Source: Pseudodonghicola sp.
GTDB lineage: Bacteria > Pseudomonadota > Alphaproteobacteria > Rhodobacterales > Rhodobacteraceae
DNA: 64,000 nt
Assembly: GCF_048268305.1 (NCBI RefSeq)
Contig: NZ_JBLWVT010000001.1
Location: 160,046 to 224,045, forward strand
Direction: 5' to 3'
The stretch's first letter is position 1; every line of letters starts with the position of its first letter. The notes beneath the pieces were generated by a model. That model saw only the letters and a program-made list of their open reading frames with translations, did no database searches and was not told where the DNA came from. Positions 10,610-19,360 of this stretch are shown piece after piece. The translations under genes were made by a program, and so were the position numbers.

Positions 10610-10788
10610 GCCCGCCACCGCAGCCAGCGCCGCCAACCGGTCGGGGGCGGCGGCAGTTCCGCCGCCCTGCGCGCCTCGTGCAGCTTGCGGATTTCCCGCA
10701 GCTCGATCTCATGCGAGCTGGGGCGCCGGTCCTTCTCCCAGCGATCGAGCCCGAGGGTGACCATCACGATCCAATCATAGGAATACAT
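10552..10788 (-). CDS. Hypothetical small protein (78 aa), candidate only
   Basis: ATG at 10788 with AGGAG 7 nt upstream. Hydrophobic N-terminus MYSYDWIVMVTLGL, then a charged/Arg-Trp-rich tail. The 3' end overlaps the convergent ada-like gene by 58 nt. No family recognised. Confidence 0.35.
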   Translation of the reverse strand: MYSYDWIVMVTLGLDRWEKDRRPSSHEIELREIRKLHEARRAAELPPPPTGWRRWLRWRAQPAACTRPSSQPSSRAAS

Positions 10789-10831
10789 CGGTTTTCTCCT
10801 GTTCGAGTGTATGGAGAAAACCCGATCCCTG

Positions 10832-10880
10832 CTGACAGCCTGTTGTCAGTGGCCCATGCTAGGATGTCAGCAGACTGACA
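10832..10880. promoter_or_regulatory. Two inverted repeats built from the same half-site (CTGACA-N6-TGTCAG and TGTCAG-N4-CTGACA)
   Basis: Half-sites at 10832-10837, 10844-10849, 10865-10870 and 10875-10880. They lie in the divergent region between the small ORF (10788) and the YafY-type regulator (10906). Operator-like. Confidence 0.45.
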
Positions 10881-10905
10881 CGAGACCGCCCGGGACCCTT
10901 TCGCA

Positions 10906-11595
10906 ATGCCGCGCAGTAACCGCCTGTTCGAGATCATCCAGATCCTGCGTGCCGCCCGCGCCCCGGTCCGGGCCGAGGATCTGGCCGACAAGCTCGAAGT
11001 CTCCAAGCGCACCGTCTATCGTGACATCGCCGCACTTCAGGCCATGCGCACCCCGGTCGAGGGCGAGGCCGGCGTGGGGTACATGCTGCGCAAGGGATAC
11101 GATCTGCCGCCGTTGAATTTCGACGAGGAGGAGATCGAGGCGCTGCATGTCGGCCTGGCCATGCTGATCCGCACCGGTGACGGTGCCCTGCAGCAGGCCG
11201 CCGCCCGGGTCAGCCGCAAGATTGCCAATGTTCACGACTCGGCCGACTGGCTGCAGGTGGCGCCCTGGGGCGCGCCGCAGGACGATCCTGAGCTGGCGTG
11301 CGTGTCGATCGCGCTGTTGCGCCGGGCGGTGCGCTCTGCCCGGAAGCTCGGGCTCAGCTATGTCGACAAGGAGGGCCAGCAGACCACCCGGGTGCTGCGG
11401 CCGCTGGGGCTGATCTACCACGTCGATTGCACCCTGCTGGCCGGCTGGTGCGAGCTGCGCGGCGGCTTTCGCCATTTTCGCACCGACCGGATGCTGGGCG
11501 CCGAGTTGCTGGATCAGAGCTTTGCCGAAGAGGCGCCGGCGCTGCGCAGGCTCTGGCGCGAGCAGGAGGACTGGAATTACATCTTCAGCCCGTGA
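10906..11595 (+). CDS. YafY-family transcriptional regulator (HTH + WYL domain)
   Basis: 229 aa. NRLFEIIQILRAARAPVRAEDLADKLEVSKRTVYRDIAAL is the DeoR-like HTH of YafY proteins. The C-terminal part RVLRPLGLIYHVDCTLLAGWCELRGGFRHFRTDRM is WYL-like. Confidence 0.85.
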   Translation: MPRSNRLFEIIQILRAARAPVRAEDLADKLEVSKRTVYRDIAALQAMRTPVEGEAGVGYMLRKGYDLPPLNFDEEEIEALHVGLAMLIRTGDGALQQAAARVSRKIANVHDSADWLQVAPWGAPQDDPELACVSIALLRRAVRSARKLGLSYVDKEGQQTTRVLRPLGLIYHVDCTLLAGWCELRGGFRHFRTDRMLGAELLDQSFAEEAPALRRLWREQEDWNYIFSP

Positions 11596-11753
11596 TCCTC
11601 GCGCCCTGATCCCGGTTCGCGCGCTCGCGGATGCGATCACATGGGCGGCATTTCGCCGAAATCAGCCGCTCTGCGCTTGAGGGCGGGGGCCCAAGGTTCG
11701 ATATTGCCCGCAATATCCCGCCTGGACGGGGTAAGATCACAAGAGGCAAGTTG

Positions 11754-12416
11754 ATGACCTTCCTGAAAACCACCACCGTGGCAACGCTCTGTGCCGCTGT
11801 CCTGCTGGGCGCTTGCACCGACACGCAATTGCTCAGATCGAACGATCCCAATGCCAAGACCAAGAACGGGGCGCTGATCGGCGGTCTGCTGGGGGCGGGG
11901 GTCGGCGCGGTGTCGAATTCGTCGAACAAGACCGCCGCCGTTCTGGGCGGCGCCGCGGTCGGCACCATTCTGGGGGCCACCATCGGCCAGTCGCTCGACA
12001 AGCAGGCGGCCGAGCTGCGCCAGCAGCTTGCCAGCGACGGCATCACCGTCGTCAATACCGGCAGCCAGCTGGTGCTGACCCTGCCCAATGACATCACCTT
12101 CGATACCGACAGTTCCACCGTGCGCCCGGCGCTGCGGGCCGACCTGGATACCGTCGCCCTGCACCTGCAGCGCTATCCCGACATGCTGGTGCAGGTAATC
12201 GGCCATACCGACAGCGATGGCGATGCCGCCTATAACATCGGCCTGTCGCGTCAGCGCGCCACCGCCGTCTCCGATATCCTGCAGGCCGACGGCGTGCCCT
12301 ACACCCGGCTCACCACCGTCGGTCGCGGCGAGGAGGAGCCGGTCGCCTCGAACCTGACGGCCGAGGGCAAGGCCCGCAATCGCCGCGTCGAAATCGTGAT
12401 GATCCCGACCAAGTAA
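11754..12416 (+). CDS. OmpA-family peptidoglycan-binding lipoprotein
   Basis: Internal ATG at 11754. MTFLKTTTVATLCAAVLLGAC has a lipobox. A Gly-rich segment is followed by the OmpA_C region TDSDGDAAYNIGLSRQRATAVSDIL...ARNRRVEI. Confidence 0.88.
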   Translation: MTFLKTTTVATLCAAVLLGACTDTQLLRSNDPNAKTKNGALIGGLLGAGVGAVSNSSNKTAAVLGGAAVGTILGATIGQSLDKQAAELRQQLASDGITVVNTGSQLVLTLPNDITFDTDSSTVRPALRADLDTVALHLQRYPDMLVQVIGHTDSDGDAAYNIGLSRQRATAVSDILQADGVPYTRLTTVGRGEEEPVASNLTAEGKARNRRVEIVMIPTK

Positions 12417-12429
12417 GTTGGCAGAGAAG

Positions 12430-12468
12430 ACCGCCCGCCCGGCGCCATGGTGGCGCCGGGCGGGCGGT
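12430..12468 (+). terminator. 18-bp perfect GC stem-loop downstream of the OmpA-like gene
   Basis: ACCGCCCGCCCGGCGCCA tgg TGGCGCCGGGCGGGCGGT, starting 14 nt after the stop. No clear U-tract follows. Confidence 0.5.
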
Positions 12469-12516
12469 GTGGTCTAGGCTGACCCAGATAGGCGGATGTG
12501 ACAGGAACCGAATCCG

Positions 12517-13059
12517 ATGACAGCACTCACCCTTCTGGGGATCGCCGGCGCGCTGCGCCACGGCTCGACCAATCGCAAGCTGATCCGCGAGGCGGCCAGG
12601 GCCTTCGGCCCGGCCGACTTCATCGAGGCCGAGCTGACCCTGCCGCTCTATGACGGCGATCTGGAGGACGGCGCGGGCATCCCCGAGGCGGTGCAGCGGC
12701 TCGCCGATCAGATCGCCGCGGCCGACGCGGTGGTGATCTCCACCCCCGAATACAACAAGGGGCCATCGGGCGTGCTGAAGAACGCGCTCGACTGGGTCAG
12801 CCGGACCGCGACCAACCCCTGGGTCGACAGGCCGGTGGCGGTGATGTCCTCGGCGGCCGGGCGCGCCGGCGGTGAACGGGCGCAGATGGTGCTGCGCGGC
12901 TTTCTCACCCCGTTCCAGCCGCGCCTGCTGACCGGGCCCGAGCTGCATGTCGCCGATTGCCGCAACCAGTTCGATGCCGAGGGCCGGCTGATCAGCGATC
13001 GTTACGCCGCGACGCTGGAGACGCTGATGCAGAAGCTGCGCGCCGAAGTCAGGACCTGA
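12517..13059 (+). CDS. NAD(P)H-dependent FMN reductase family protein
   Basis: 180 aa. LGIAGALRHGSTNRKL...AADAVVISTPEYNKGPSGVLKNALDW is the flavodoxin-like FMN_red pattern. Confidence 0.85.
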   Translation: MTALTLLGIAGALRHGSTNRKLIREAARAFGPADFIEAELTLPLYDGDLEDGAGIPEAVQRLADQIAAADAVVISTPEYNKGPSGVLKNALDWVSRTATNPWVDRPVAVMSSAAGRAGGERAQMVLRGFLTPFQPRLLTGPELHVADCRNQFDAEGRLISDRYAATLETLMQKLRAEVRT

Positions 13060-13070
13060 GCCCGTGCGCC

Positions 13071-13119
13071 GGGGGCTTTGCCCCCGGACCCCCAGGATAT
13101 TTGTGCCAGATCGAAGGGG
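13071..13119 (+). repeat. Dispersed intergenic repeat, copy C
   Basis: GGGGGCTTTGCCCCCGGACCCCCAGGATATTTGTGCCAGATCGAAGGGG, between convergent stops at 13059 and 13129. Confidence 0.7.
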
Positions 13120-13128
13120 CGGGCGGGA

Positions 13129-13533
13129 TCAGCCGATCGGCGTCGCGATCTCGATCAGGTTGCCGTCGGGGTCGCGGATATAGAGCGACAGGATCGGCCC
13201 GGTGGCGCCGGTGCGGCGGATGGGCCCGTGTTCGATGGCGATCTCCCGGTCGGCGAGATGGGCCTGCCAATCGGAGAGAGGTGTCTCGGTCAGGAAACAC
13301 AGGTCTGCCGTGCCGGGGCCGGGGTGGGCGGCCTTCGGGTCGAAGGGCGCGGCGGCGGGGTGAAGGTTGATCTTCTGCTGCCCGAAGCGCAGCGCGGTGC
13401 GGCGGCTGCCGTCGGCGGGGTGGAAGACCTCGGCGTTCATGCCGAGGGCACCGGTATAGAAGCCGACCGTCGCGTCGATATCCGTGACGGTGAGAACCAG
13501 ATGGTCGAGCGCGGTGAGGCGGGGGGCGGTCAC
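13129..13533 (-). CDS. VOC (glyoxalase/bleomycin-resistance/dioxygenase) family protein
   Basis: 134 aa; the start codon is GTG and overlaps the upstream stop. LDHLVLTVTDIDATVGFY...LYIRDPDGNLIEI is the classic VOC pattern. Confidence 0.85.
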   Translation of the reverse strand: MTAPRLTALDHLVLTVTDIDATVGFYTGALGMNAEVFHPADGSRRTALRFGQQKINLHPAAAPFDPKAAHPGPGTADLCFLTETPLSDWQAHLADREIAIEHGPIRRTGATGPILSLYIRDPDGNLIEIATPIG

Positions 13534-14573
13534 AGCGAGGCCTCCGGTCGAAAGCCGTCGGGGATGGCGTCGCGCCCCTCCAGCATCAGGTCGGCCATCA
13601 CCTCGGCCACCTTGGGGGCCATGCCGAAGCCGATCTTGAAGCCGCCGTTGGCGATGAACTGGCCCGGGTGCAGCGGATGCGCCCCGAGCATCGGTGCGCG
13701 CGACTTGCTGCGGGGGCGCAGCCCGGCCCAGCGTTCGAGCACCGGCACATCGGCCAGCACCGGCATGGCGGCGACGGCGCGGGCGATCACCGCATCGAGC
13801 TGGGCATCGGTCGCGGTCGCATCGTCGAACTCCCGTTCGCTGGTCGAGCCGATCGCCAGGGTGCCATCGGCATGGGGCACGATATGGACCGCATCGGCGA
13901 AGAGCTGTGGCGCCTCGGGGCCGGCGTCATAGGCGAGAAGCGCCGCCTGTCCCTTGACCGCATTGCCCACCACCTTGCCGAAATGGGCGGAAAGCTCTGC
14001 CAGGCCGGCGGCGCCGGTGGCGTGGAGCACCTGGCCCTCTAGCGAGCCTTCGGCCACGATCTCCGCCCCCTTCGTCTTGAGCGCCGCCACCAGCGCGGCG
14101 CAGGCGCGGCGCGGGTGCATGCGCGCGCTGAGGCTGTCGTGGATCAGCAGGCCGGTGGGCGAGGGCGGCGCCCAGGGGCCGAAATCGCCCACCGGGCGCA
14201 CCGCCCAGGTCGCGCGGCCCTGCCAGAGATCGGCCGCGGTGATCGCGCGGGCACGGGCCAGCTCCAGCGCATGATCGTCGGCGATCGGTTGCAGCCGGCC
14301 GGTGCGGCCATAGCCGGCGCTGGTGCCGCCTGCCGCCTCGACGCCCGCCCAGAAGTCTTCGGCCATCAACAGGCTGTCGAGCTGGAAGGCCTTCTTGTCG
14401 TTCCAGTTCTCGGGCACATGCGGGGCGAGCGCGCCGACCAGCCCGCCGGAGGCGCCGGCGCCGGGGCCGAAGGGGTCGATCACCCGTACCCTGGCCCCGC
14501 GCCGGGCGCAGGCCCAGGCCGTTGCCAGCCCGAAGGCCCCCGCGCCGAAGACCGTCACATCCGCCATTGCCAT
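13530..14573 (-). CDS. FAD-dependent oxidoreductase (DAO family), candidate stand-alone MnmC oxidoreductase-domain homologue
   Basis: 347 aa. The dinucleotide fold VTVFGAGAFGLATAWACARRGARVRVID and a C-terminal WAGLRPRS...G motif match glycine/D-amino-acid-oxidase-like enzymes. It is divergent from the MnmD-like methyltransferase gene. Confidence 0.7.
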   Translation of the reverse strand: MAMADVTVFGAGAFGLATAWACARRGARVRVIDPFGPGAGASGGLVGALAPHVPENWNDKKAFQLDSLLMAEDFWAGVEAAGGTSAGYGRTGRLQPIADDHALELARARAITAADLWQGRATWAVRPVGDFGPWAPPSPTGLLIHDSLSARMHPRRACAALVAALKTKGAEIVAEGSLEGQVLHATGAAGLAELSAHFGKVVGNAVKGQAALLAYDAGPEAPQLFADAVHIVPHADGTLAIGSTSEREFDDATATDAQLDAVIARAVAAMPVLADVPVLERWAGLRPRSKSRAPMLGAHPLHPGQFIANGGFKIGFGMAPKVAEVMADLMLEGRDAIPDGFRPEASL

Positions 14574-14630
14574 TGTCGCCGCCTTTCTCCAATGTCGCGC
14601 CGTTCTTGAACTGTCTTACGGAAAATCGGA

Positions 14631-15302
14631 ATGGCCGACCAGCGGGCGGAACTCACATGGCGCGATGGCGGCGTGCCGGTCTCGACGCGTTTCGACGACC
14701 CCTATTTCTCGCTCGATAACGGGATGGCGGAGACGCGGCATGTCTTCCTGGCCGGCAACGATCTGCCGGCACGGTTTGGCCCCGGGTTCCAAGTTGCCGA
14801 GCTGGGCTTCGGCACCGGGCTGAACCTGCTGTCCGCCTGGGCGCTCTGGGAGGAGAGCGGCCAGCAAGGCGCGCTCGGCTTCACCACATTCGAGGCCTTT
14901 CCGATGGCGCCCGCGGATATGGCGCAGGCGCTGCGGGCCTTTCCCGATCTCGCCCCCTGGGCGGCACGGTTCCTGGCCGTCTGGCAGGGGACGGGCCGGG
15001 TGGACCTGGACACGCTGCGCTTCGAGATGATCGAAGGCGACGCGCGCGCCACCCTGCCCGAGTGGCAGGGCTGCGCGGATGCCTGGTTTCTCGACGGCTT
15101 CGCGCCGGCCAAGAACCCCGAGCTTTGGGGCGATGATCTGCTGGCGCAGGTGGCCCGCCATACCGTCCCCGGCGGCACCGCCGCCACCTATACCGCCGCC
15201 GGTTTCGTCCGCCGCGGGCTGGAGGCCGCCGGTTTCGCGGTGGAGCGCGCGCCGGGGTTCGGCCGCAAGCGACATATGACCCGCGCGAGGATGCCGGAAT
15301 GA
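14631..15302 (+). CDS. mnmD: tRNA 5-methylaminomethyl-2-thiouridine methyltransferase domain protein (stand-alone MnmC methyltransferase domain)
   Basis: 223 aa. LTWRDGGVPVSTRFDDPYFS...HVFLAGNDLPARF...VAELGFGTGLN...DAWFLDGFAPAKNPELW are the hallmark motifs of the MnmC N-terminal SAM-dependent (DUF752) domain. Confidence 0.8.
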   Translation: MADQRAELTWRDGGVPVSTRFDDPYFSLDNGMAETRHVFLAGNDLPARFGPGFQVAELGFGTGLNLLSAWALWEESGQQGALGFTTFEAFPMAPADMAQALRAFPDLAPWAARFLAVWQGTGRVDLDTLRFEMIEGDARATLPEWQGCADAWFLDGFAPAKNPELWGDDLLAQVARHTVPGGTAATYTAAGFVRRGLEAAGFAVERAPGFGRKRHMTRARMPE

Positions 15303-16174
15303 CCGAGCCGCAACGCAATAACGTGCCGCTGGGCATTCTGCTGATGGTCGGCTCGACCATCGTCTTTGCCTTGCAGGACGGGATTTCACGCCATCTGGCG
15401 GGGGCCTATAACACCTGGATGGTGGTGATGATCCGCTATTGGTTCTTCGCCGCCTTCGTTATTTTCCTGGCCGCCCGGTCGCGCGGCGGGCTGCGGGCGG
15501 CGACGCGGACCGAACAGCCGCTTCTGCAGATCTTTCGCGGTCTGCTGCTGGCCGGCGAGGTCTGTGTCGCGATCTATGGCTTCACCGTTCTGGGGCTGAT
15601 CCAGAGCCAGGCGGTGTTCATCTGCTATCCGCTGCTGGTGGCGGCGCTGTCCGGCCCGGTGCTGGGCGAAAAGGTCGGCTGGCGGCGCTGGGTGGCGATC
15701 GGCATCGGCCTGGTCGGGGTGATGATCATCCTGCAACCGGGGGTCGGCGTCTTCAATCCGGCGGCGATCATTCCGCTGATCTCGGCGCTGATGTTCGCGC
15801 TTTACGGGCTTTTGACCCGCTATGTGGCGCGGCGGGATACGGCGGCCACCAGCTTCTTCTGGACCGGGGTGGCCGGGGCGGTGATGATGACCGCGATCGG
15901 CATCTGGTTCTGGCAGCCGATGATCGGGACGGACTGGATCTGGATGTCGATCCTCTGCGTTACCGGGGTGCTGGGCCATTGGCTCCTGATCAAATGCTAT
16001 GAGGTGGCCGAGGCCGGCGCGGTGCAGCCCTTCGCCTATTTCCACCTGATCTGGGCCTCGATCCTGGGCATGACGGTCTTCGGCGAGGTGCTGCGCGACA
16101 ACATCCTGATCGGCGCGGCACTGATCATCGGGGCCGGGCTTTTCACCCTATGGCGCGAACGCGTGAAGGGTTGA
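15299..16174 (+). CDS. DMT-superfamily (EamA-like) transporter
   Basis: 291 aa with about 10 predicted hydrophobic helices and two EamA-like halves. ATGA overlap with the upstream stop. Confidence 0.85.
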   Translation: MTEPQRNNVPLGILLMVGSTIVFALQDGISRHLAGAYNTWMVVMIRYWFFAAFVIFLAARSRGGLRAATRTEQPLLQIFRGLLLAGEVCVAIYGFTVLGLIQSQAVFICYPLLVAALSGPVLGEKVGWRRWVAIGIGLVGVMIILQPGVGVFNPAAIIPLISALMFALYGLLTRYVARRDTAATSFFWTGVAGAVMMTAIGIWFWQPMIGTDWIWMSILCVTGVLGHWLLIKCYEVAEAGAVQPFAYFHLIWASILGMTVFGEVLRDNILIGAALIIGAGLFTLWRERVKG

Positions 16175-18154
16175 GCCGGCAAGCTCCTGCGAAAACGGGA
16201 TCGGCAGCGCCGGCAGCCCCAGACGGGCGCGATAGATCGGCAGGCTCTCGGTGACCCGCATGACGTAATTGCGGGTCTCGTCGAAGGGGATGTTCTCGAT
16301 CCAGTCGACGATATCGGTGCCGGGCGCGCGCGGGTCGCCGAACTGGTCGATCCATTGCGCCGGACGACGCGGTCCGGCGTTATAGCCGGCCGCCATCAGC
16401 ACCACATTGCCGTTGAAATCGCCGGCGAGCTTGGCCAGGTAAGTCGCCCCGAGCCTGGCGTTATAGGCCCAGTCGCTGGTCAGCCGGTCGGTGCTGTGCC
16501 CGCCGAGGAGCCCCAATTGCCCGGCCATCAGCTTGGCGGTGGCGGGCATCACCTGCATCAGCCCGCGGGCGCCGGCGCCGCTGATCACGCCTGGGTCGAA
16601 TTCGCTTTCCCGCCGGGCGATCGACAGGGTCATCTCCCTTGCCATCGGCAGTTGCAGATCGGCGACCGCATGCAGCGGGTAATAGGCGCCCTCCAGCACG
16701 ATGCCACGGCTGGCGGCGCGCTTGGCGATCATCACCGCCAGATGCGGCCGGTTCATGTCCAGCGCCATGGCGCCCATCTGGGCCGCCTGGATCGGGTCGA
16801 GGCTTTCGACCAGATGGGTGAGAAAGCGTTCGCCCAGGTCGGTTTCATCGGCGTCAAGCAGCATCAGCCCGGCCTTGGCGACGCTGGAAGTGAGAAACGC
16901 GGCCTGATGCCAGTCGGGCGGCGGCGCCGGGTCGAGCGGCGCGGCGTCGAAGGGGCGGCCGATCTTTTCGGCGGCCAGCAGCCCATAGAACGACGTCTGT
17001 TCGCTGGCGGCCATCGCATAGGCGGCATAGGCGTTGTCGGCATCCCCCAACGCCGCATAGGCGCGCCCCAGCCAATAGCCGGCACGCCCCTTGGAGATCG
17101 GCGTGGCGACGGCGGCCTCGAAATTGCGAAAATGCCGGATCGCCGTCTTGGGATCGTTCAGCCGGGTCAGCGCGGCATAGCCGGCGATCCATTCAAGATC
17201 GGCGTAATCATAGCCTGCCGCAGGGGTGAGCTGATGGCGCGCCGCGATCTTATAGGCGAGCGCCCCGTCGCCCGCGCGCAGCTTTTCGCGGGCCAGCCAG
17301 CGGCGGCGTTGCGCCCAGGCGGCAGGCTCGCCCAGATCGGCGGCGCTGTCGGAATGCTCGACCAGCAGCGCGATGGCCTCGTCGCTGCGCCCCTTGCGGT
17401 GACGCCAGACGAAACGGGCATGCGACAGGCCGGGATCGTTCTGCAGCCGCTCGGGCACCTTGGCGATCAGCGCATCGACGTCGGGCGACATCTCGAGCAG
17501 CGCCATCCGCGCCTCGGCCAGGGCGCGCTGGTCGGCGGGGACCAGCGGCAGCATCTGCCGGGCGCTGCCCAGGTTGCCGTCCCAGATCATCCGGTCGAGC
17601 CGTGCCTGATGGTGCGGCGCCAGCAGCTTGCCATGCCGTTCGAGATAACTCTCCTGCAGGTCGGGGCCCATCGGCAGGGTACGCCAGGCCAGCACCAGGC
17701 CGGCCTGGGAATCGCCCATCTGGCCTTTCTCGGCCAGCGCCTCGGCCTGGGCCAGCGCGCCTTCGGCGGTCTGCGGCGGCTGGCCGGCGAAGAAGGCCAG
17801 CACCTGATCGACGGGGGCCTCGGCAAAGGCCGCCTCGCTCTTGCGGCGCAGCCAGTCGAGCCCCGGCCAATCCGGCCGCCGGTTCAGAAAGACCAGCACG
17901 TCGTCGGCCGTGCCCTTGCCGGCCCTGAGCCAGTTCCAGACGATGATATCGCGCGAGATCGAGCCCGGGGCGCCCGAGATCGCCAGCGCCTGATCCCAGT
18001 CGCCGGCGCGCATCGCCTTGAGGCCCTCGGCCAAGGCATCCGGGCCGGCGGCGCGCGTCGGCGTCGCGGTGATCAGAAACACCAGCGCCAGAACCGCGAA
18101 GAGCCCCCGAAGCGGGGCAGGGCAGAGCCGCCCCATGCGCAACATCCCTTGCAT
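16148..18154 (-). CDS. slt: Soluble lytic murein transglycosylase (Slt70-like)
   Basis: 668 aa. Signal peptide, a long helical superhelix region, and the C-terminal SLT catalytic motifs SIARRESEFDPGVISGAGARGLMQVMPATA and AAGYNAGPRR. Confidence 0.9.
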   Translation of the reverse strand: MQGMLRMGRLCPAPLRGLFAVLALVFLITATPTRAAGPDALAEGLKAMRAGDWDQALAISGAPGSISRDIIVWNWLRAGKGTADDVLVFLNRRPDWPGLDWLRRKSEAAFAEAPVDQVLAFFAGQPPQTAEGALAQAEALAEKGQMGDSQAGLVLAWRTLPMGPDLQESYLERHGKLLAPHHQARLDRMIWDGNLGSARQMLPLVPADQRALAEARMALLEMSPDVDALIAKVPERLQNDPGLSHARFVWRHRKGRSDEAIALLVEHSDSAADLGEPAAWAQRRRWLAREKLRAGDGALAYKIAARHQLTPAAGYDYADLEWIAGYAALTRLNDPKTAIRHFRNFEAAVATPISKGRAGYWLGRAYAALGDADNAYAAYAMAASEQTSFYGLLAAEKIGRPFDAAPLDPAPPPDWHQAAFLTSSVAKAGLMLLDADETDLGERFLTHLVESLDPIQAAQMGAMALDMNRPHLAVMIAKRAASRGIVLEGAYYPLHAVADLQLPMAREMTLSIARRESEFDPGVISGAGARGLMQVMPATAKLMAGQLGLLGGHSTDRLTSDWAYNARLGATYLAKLAGDFNGNVVLMAAGYNAGPRRPAQWIDQFGDPRAPGTDIVDWIENIPFDETRNYVMRVTESLPIYRARLGLPALPIPFSQELAGSTLHAFAP

Positions 18155-18316
18155 TTCTCATATAACCGTGGCTAGAGCCTTTGACGATAATCCGCGCAGA
18201 GCGGGGATCAACTCACAATCGTGCAACGCGCCCCGGTTCGGCGGGACGCAAGGCACAGGATAGCAGATTTCATGGCGGGTGGAGCCCCGCCCGACCACGC
18301 TTTAAGGAGCACTTCC

Positions 18317-19189
18317 ATGTTCAAAGGCTCAATGCCGGCCCTCGTCACCCCGTTCCGCAACGGCGAGCTGGACCTGGATGCACTCAAACGTCTGGTCGAA
18401 TGGCAGATTGCCGAAGGCTCCACCGGCCTCGTGCCGGTCGGCACCACCGGCGAAAGCCCGACGCTTAGCCACGACGAACATGAGACGGTGATCGCCGAGG
18501 TGGTCAAGGCCGCCGCCGGCCGCGTGCCGGTGATCGCGGGCGCCGGGTCGAACAACACGGCCGAGGCGATTCGCTTCGTGCAATTCGCCGCCTTCGCCGG
18601 TGCCGATGCGGCGCTGGTGGTGACGCCCTATTACAACAAGCCGACACAGCGCGGCATGATCGCCCATTTCACCGCGCTGCACGAATGCGCCGAGATCCCG
18701 ATCATCATCTACAACATCCCCGGCCGTTCGGTCGTCGACATGGCGCCTGCGACCATGGGCCAGCTGGCAAAGCTGCCGCGCATCGTCGGCGTCAAGGACG
18801 CCACCGGCAAGATCGAGCGGGTCAGCCAGCAGCGTGCCACCTGCGGCGCCGATTTCATCCAGCTCTCGGGCGAGGATGCCACCGCGCTGGGCTTCAATGC
18901 CCATGGCGGCGTCGGCTGCATCTCGGTCACCGCCAACGTCGCGCCGAAGCTTTGCGCCGAATTCCAGGCGGCGACGCTCGCGGGGGACTACAAGCTGGCG
19001 CTGGACTATCAAGACAAGCTGATGCCGCTGCACGAGGCGATCTTTATCGAGCCGGGGCTGGTCGGCGCCAAATACGCCCTGTCGAAACTGGGCCTGTGCA
19101 GCGAAGAGGTCCGCTCGCCGCTGACCACGCTGGAAGACAGCACCAAGGCCGCGATCGACGCCGCGATGAAGCACGCGGGTATTCTCTGA
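18317..19189 (+). CDS. dapA: 4-hydroxy-tetrahydrodipicolinate synthase
   Basis: ATG at 18317 with [22 protein letters not shown]...[19 protein letters not shown]...[10 protein letters not shown] are DapA signatures. It is divergent from slt. Confidence 0.95.
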   Translation: MFKGSMPALVTPFRNGELDLDALKRLVEWQIAEGSTGLVPVGTTGESPTLSHDEHETVIAEVVKAAAGRVPVIAGAGSNNTAEAIRFVQFAAFAGADAALVVTPYYNKPTQRGMIAHFTALHECAEIPIIIYNIPGRSVVDMAPATMGQLAKLPRIVGVKDATGKIERVSQQRATCGADFIQLSGEDATALGFNAHGGVGCISVTANVAPKLCAEFQAATLAGDYKLALDYQDKLMPLHEAIFIEPGLVGAKYALSKLGLCSEEVRSPLTTLEDSTKAAIDAAMKHAGIL

Positions 19190-19248
19190 TCCAGGGCCTG
19201 CGCATCCGGGGCTGTCCCGGGGGCGCGTGTCATTGCTTAGAGCACGAG

Positions 19249-19287
19249 AGCGCAGGATGCCGGCGGGCTGTCCTGCGCTTTTCATTT
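19249..19287 (+). terminator. Rho-independent-type terminator after dapA
   Basis: AGCGCAGGA (13-nt loop) TCCTGCGCT followed by TTTCATTT, about 60 nt after the dapA stop. Confidence 0.6.
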
Positions 19288-19360
19288 GGCGACGGCCCTG
19301 CCGGGATGTTCTCCTCCCGGTGATCCCGAGACGGTTGCCCCAATGGTCCGCGATGCGGGG

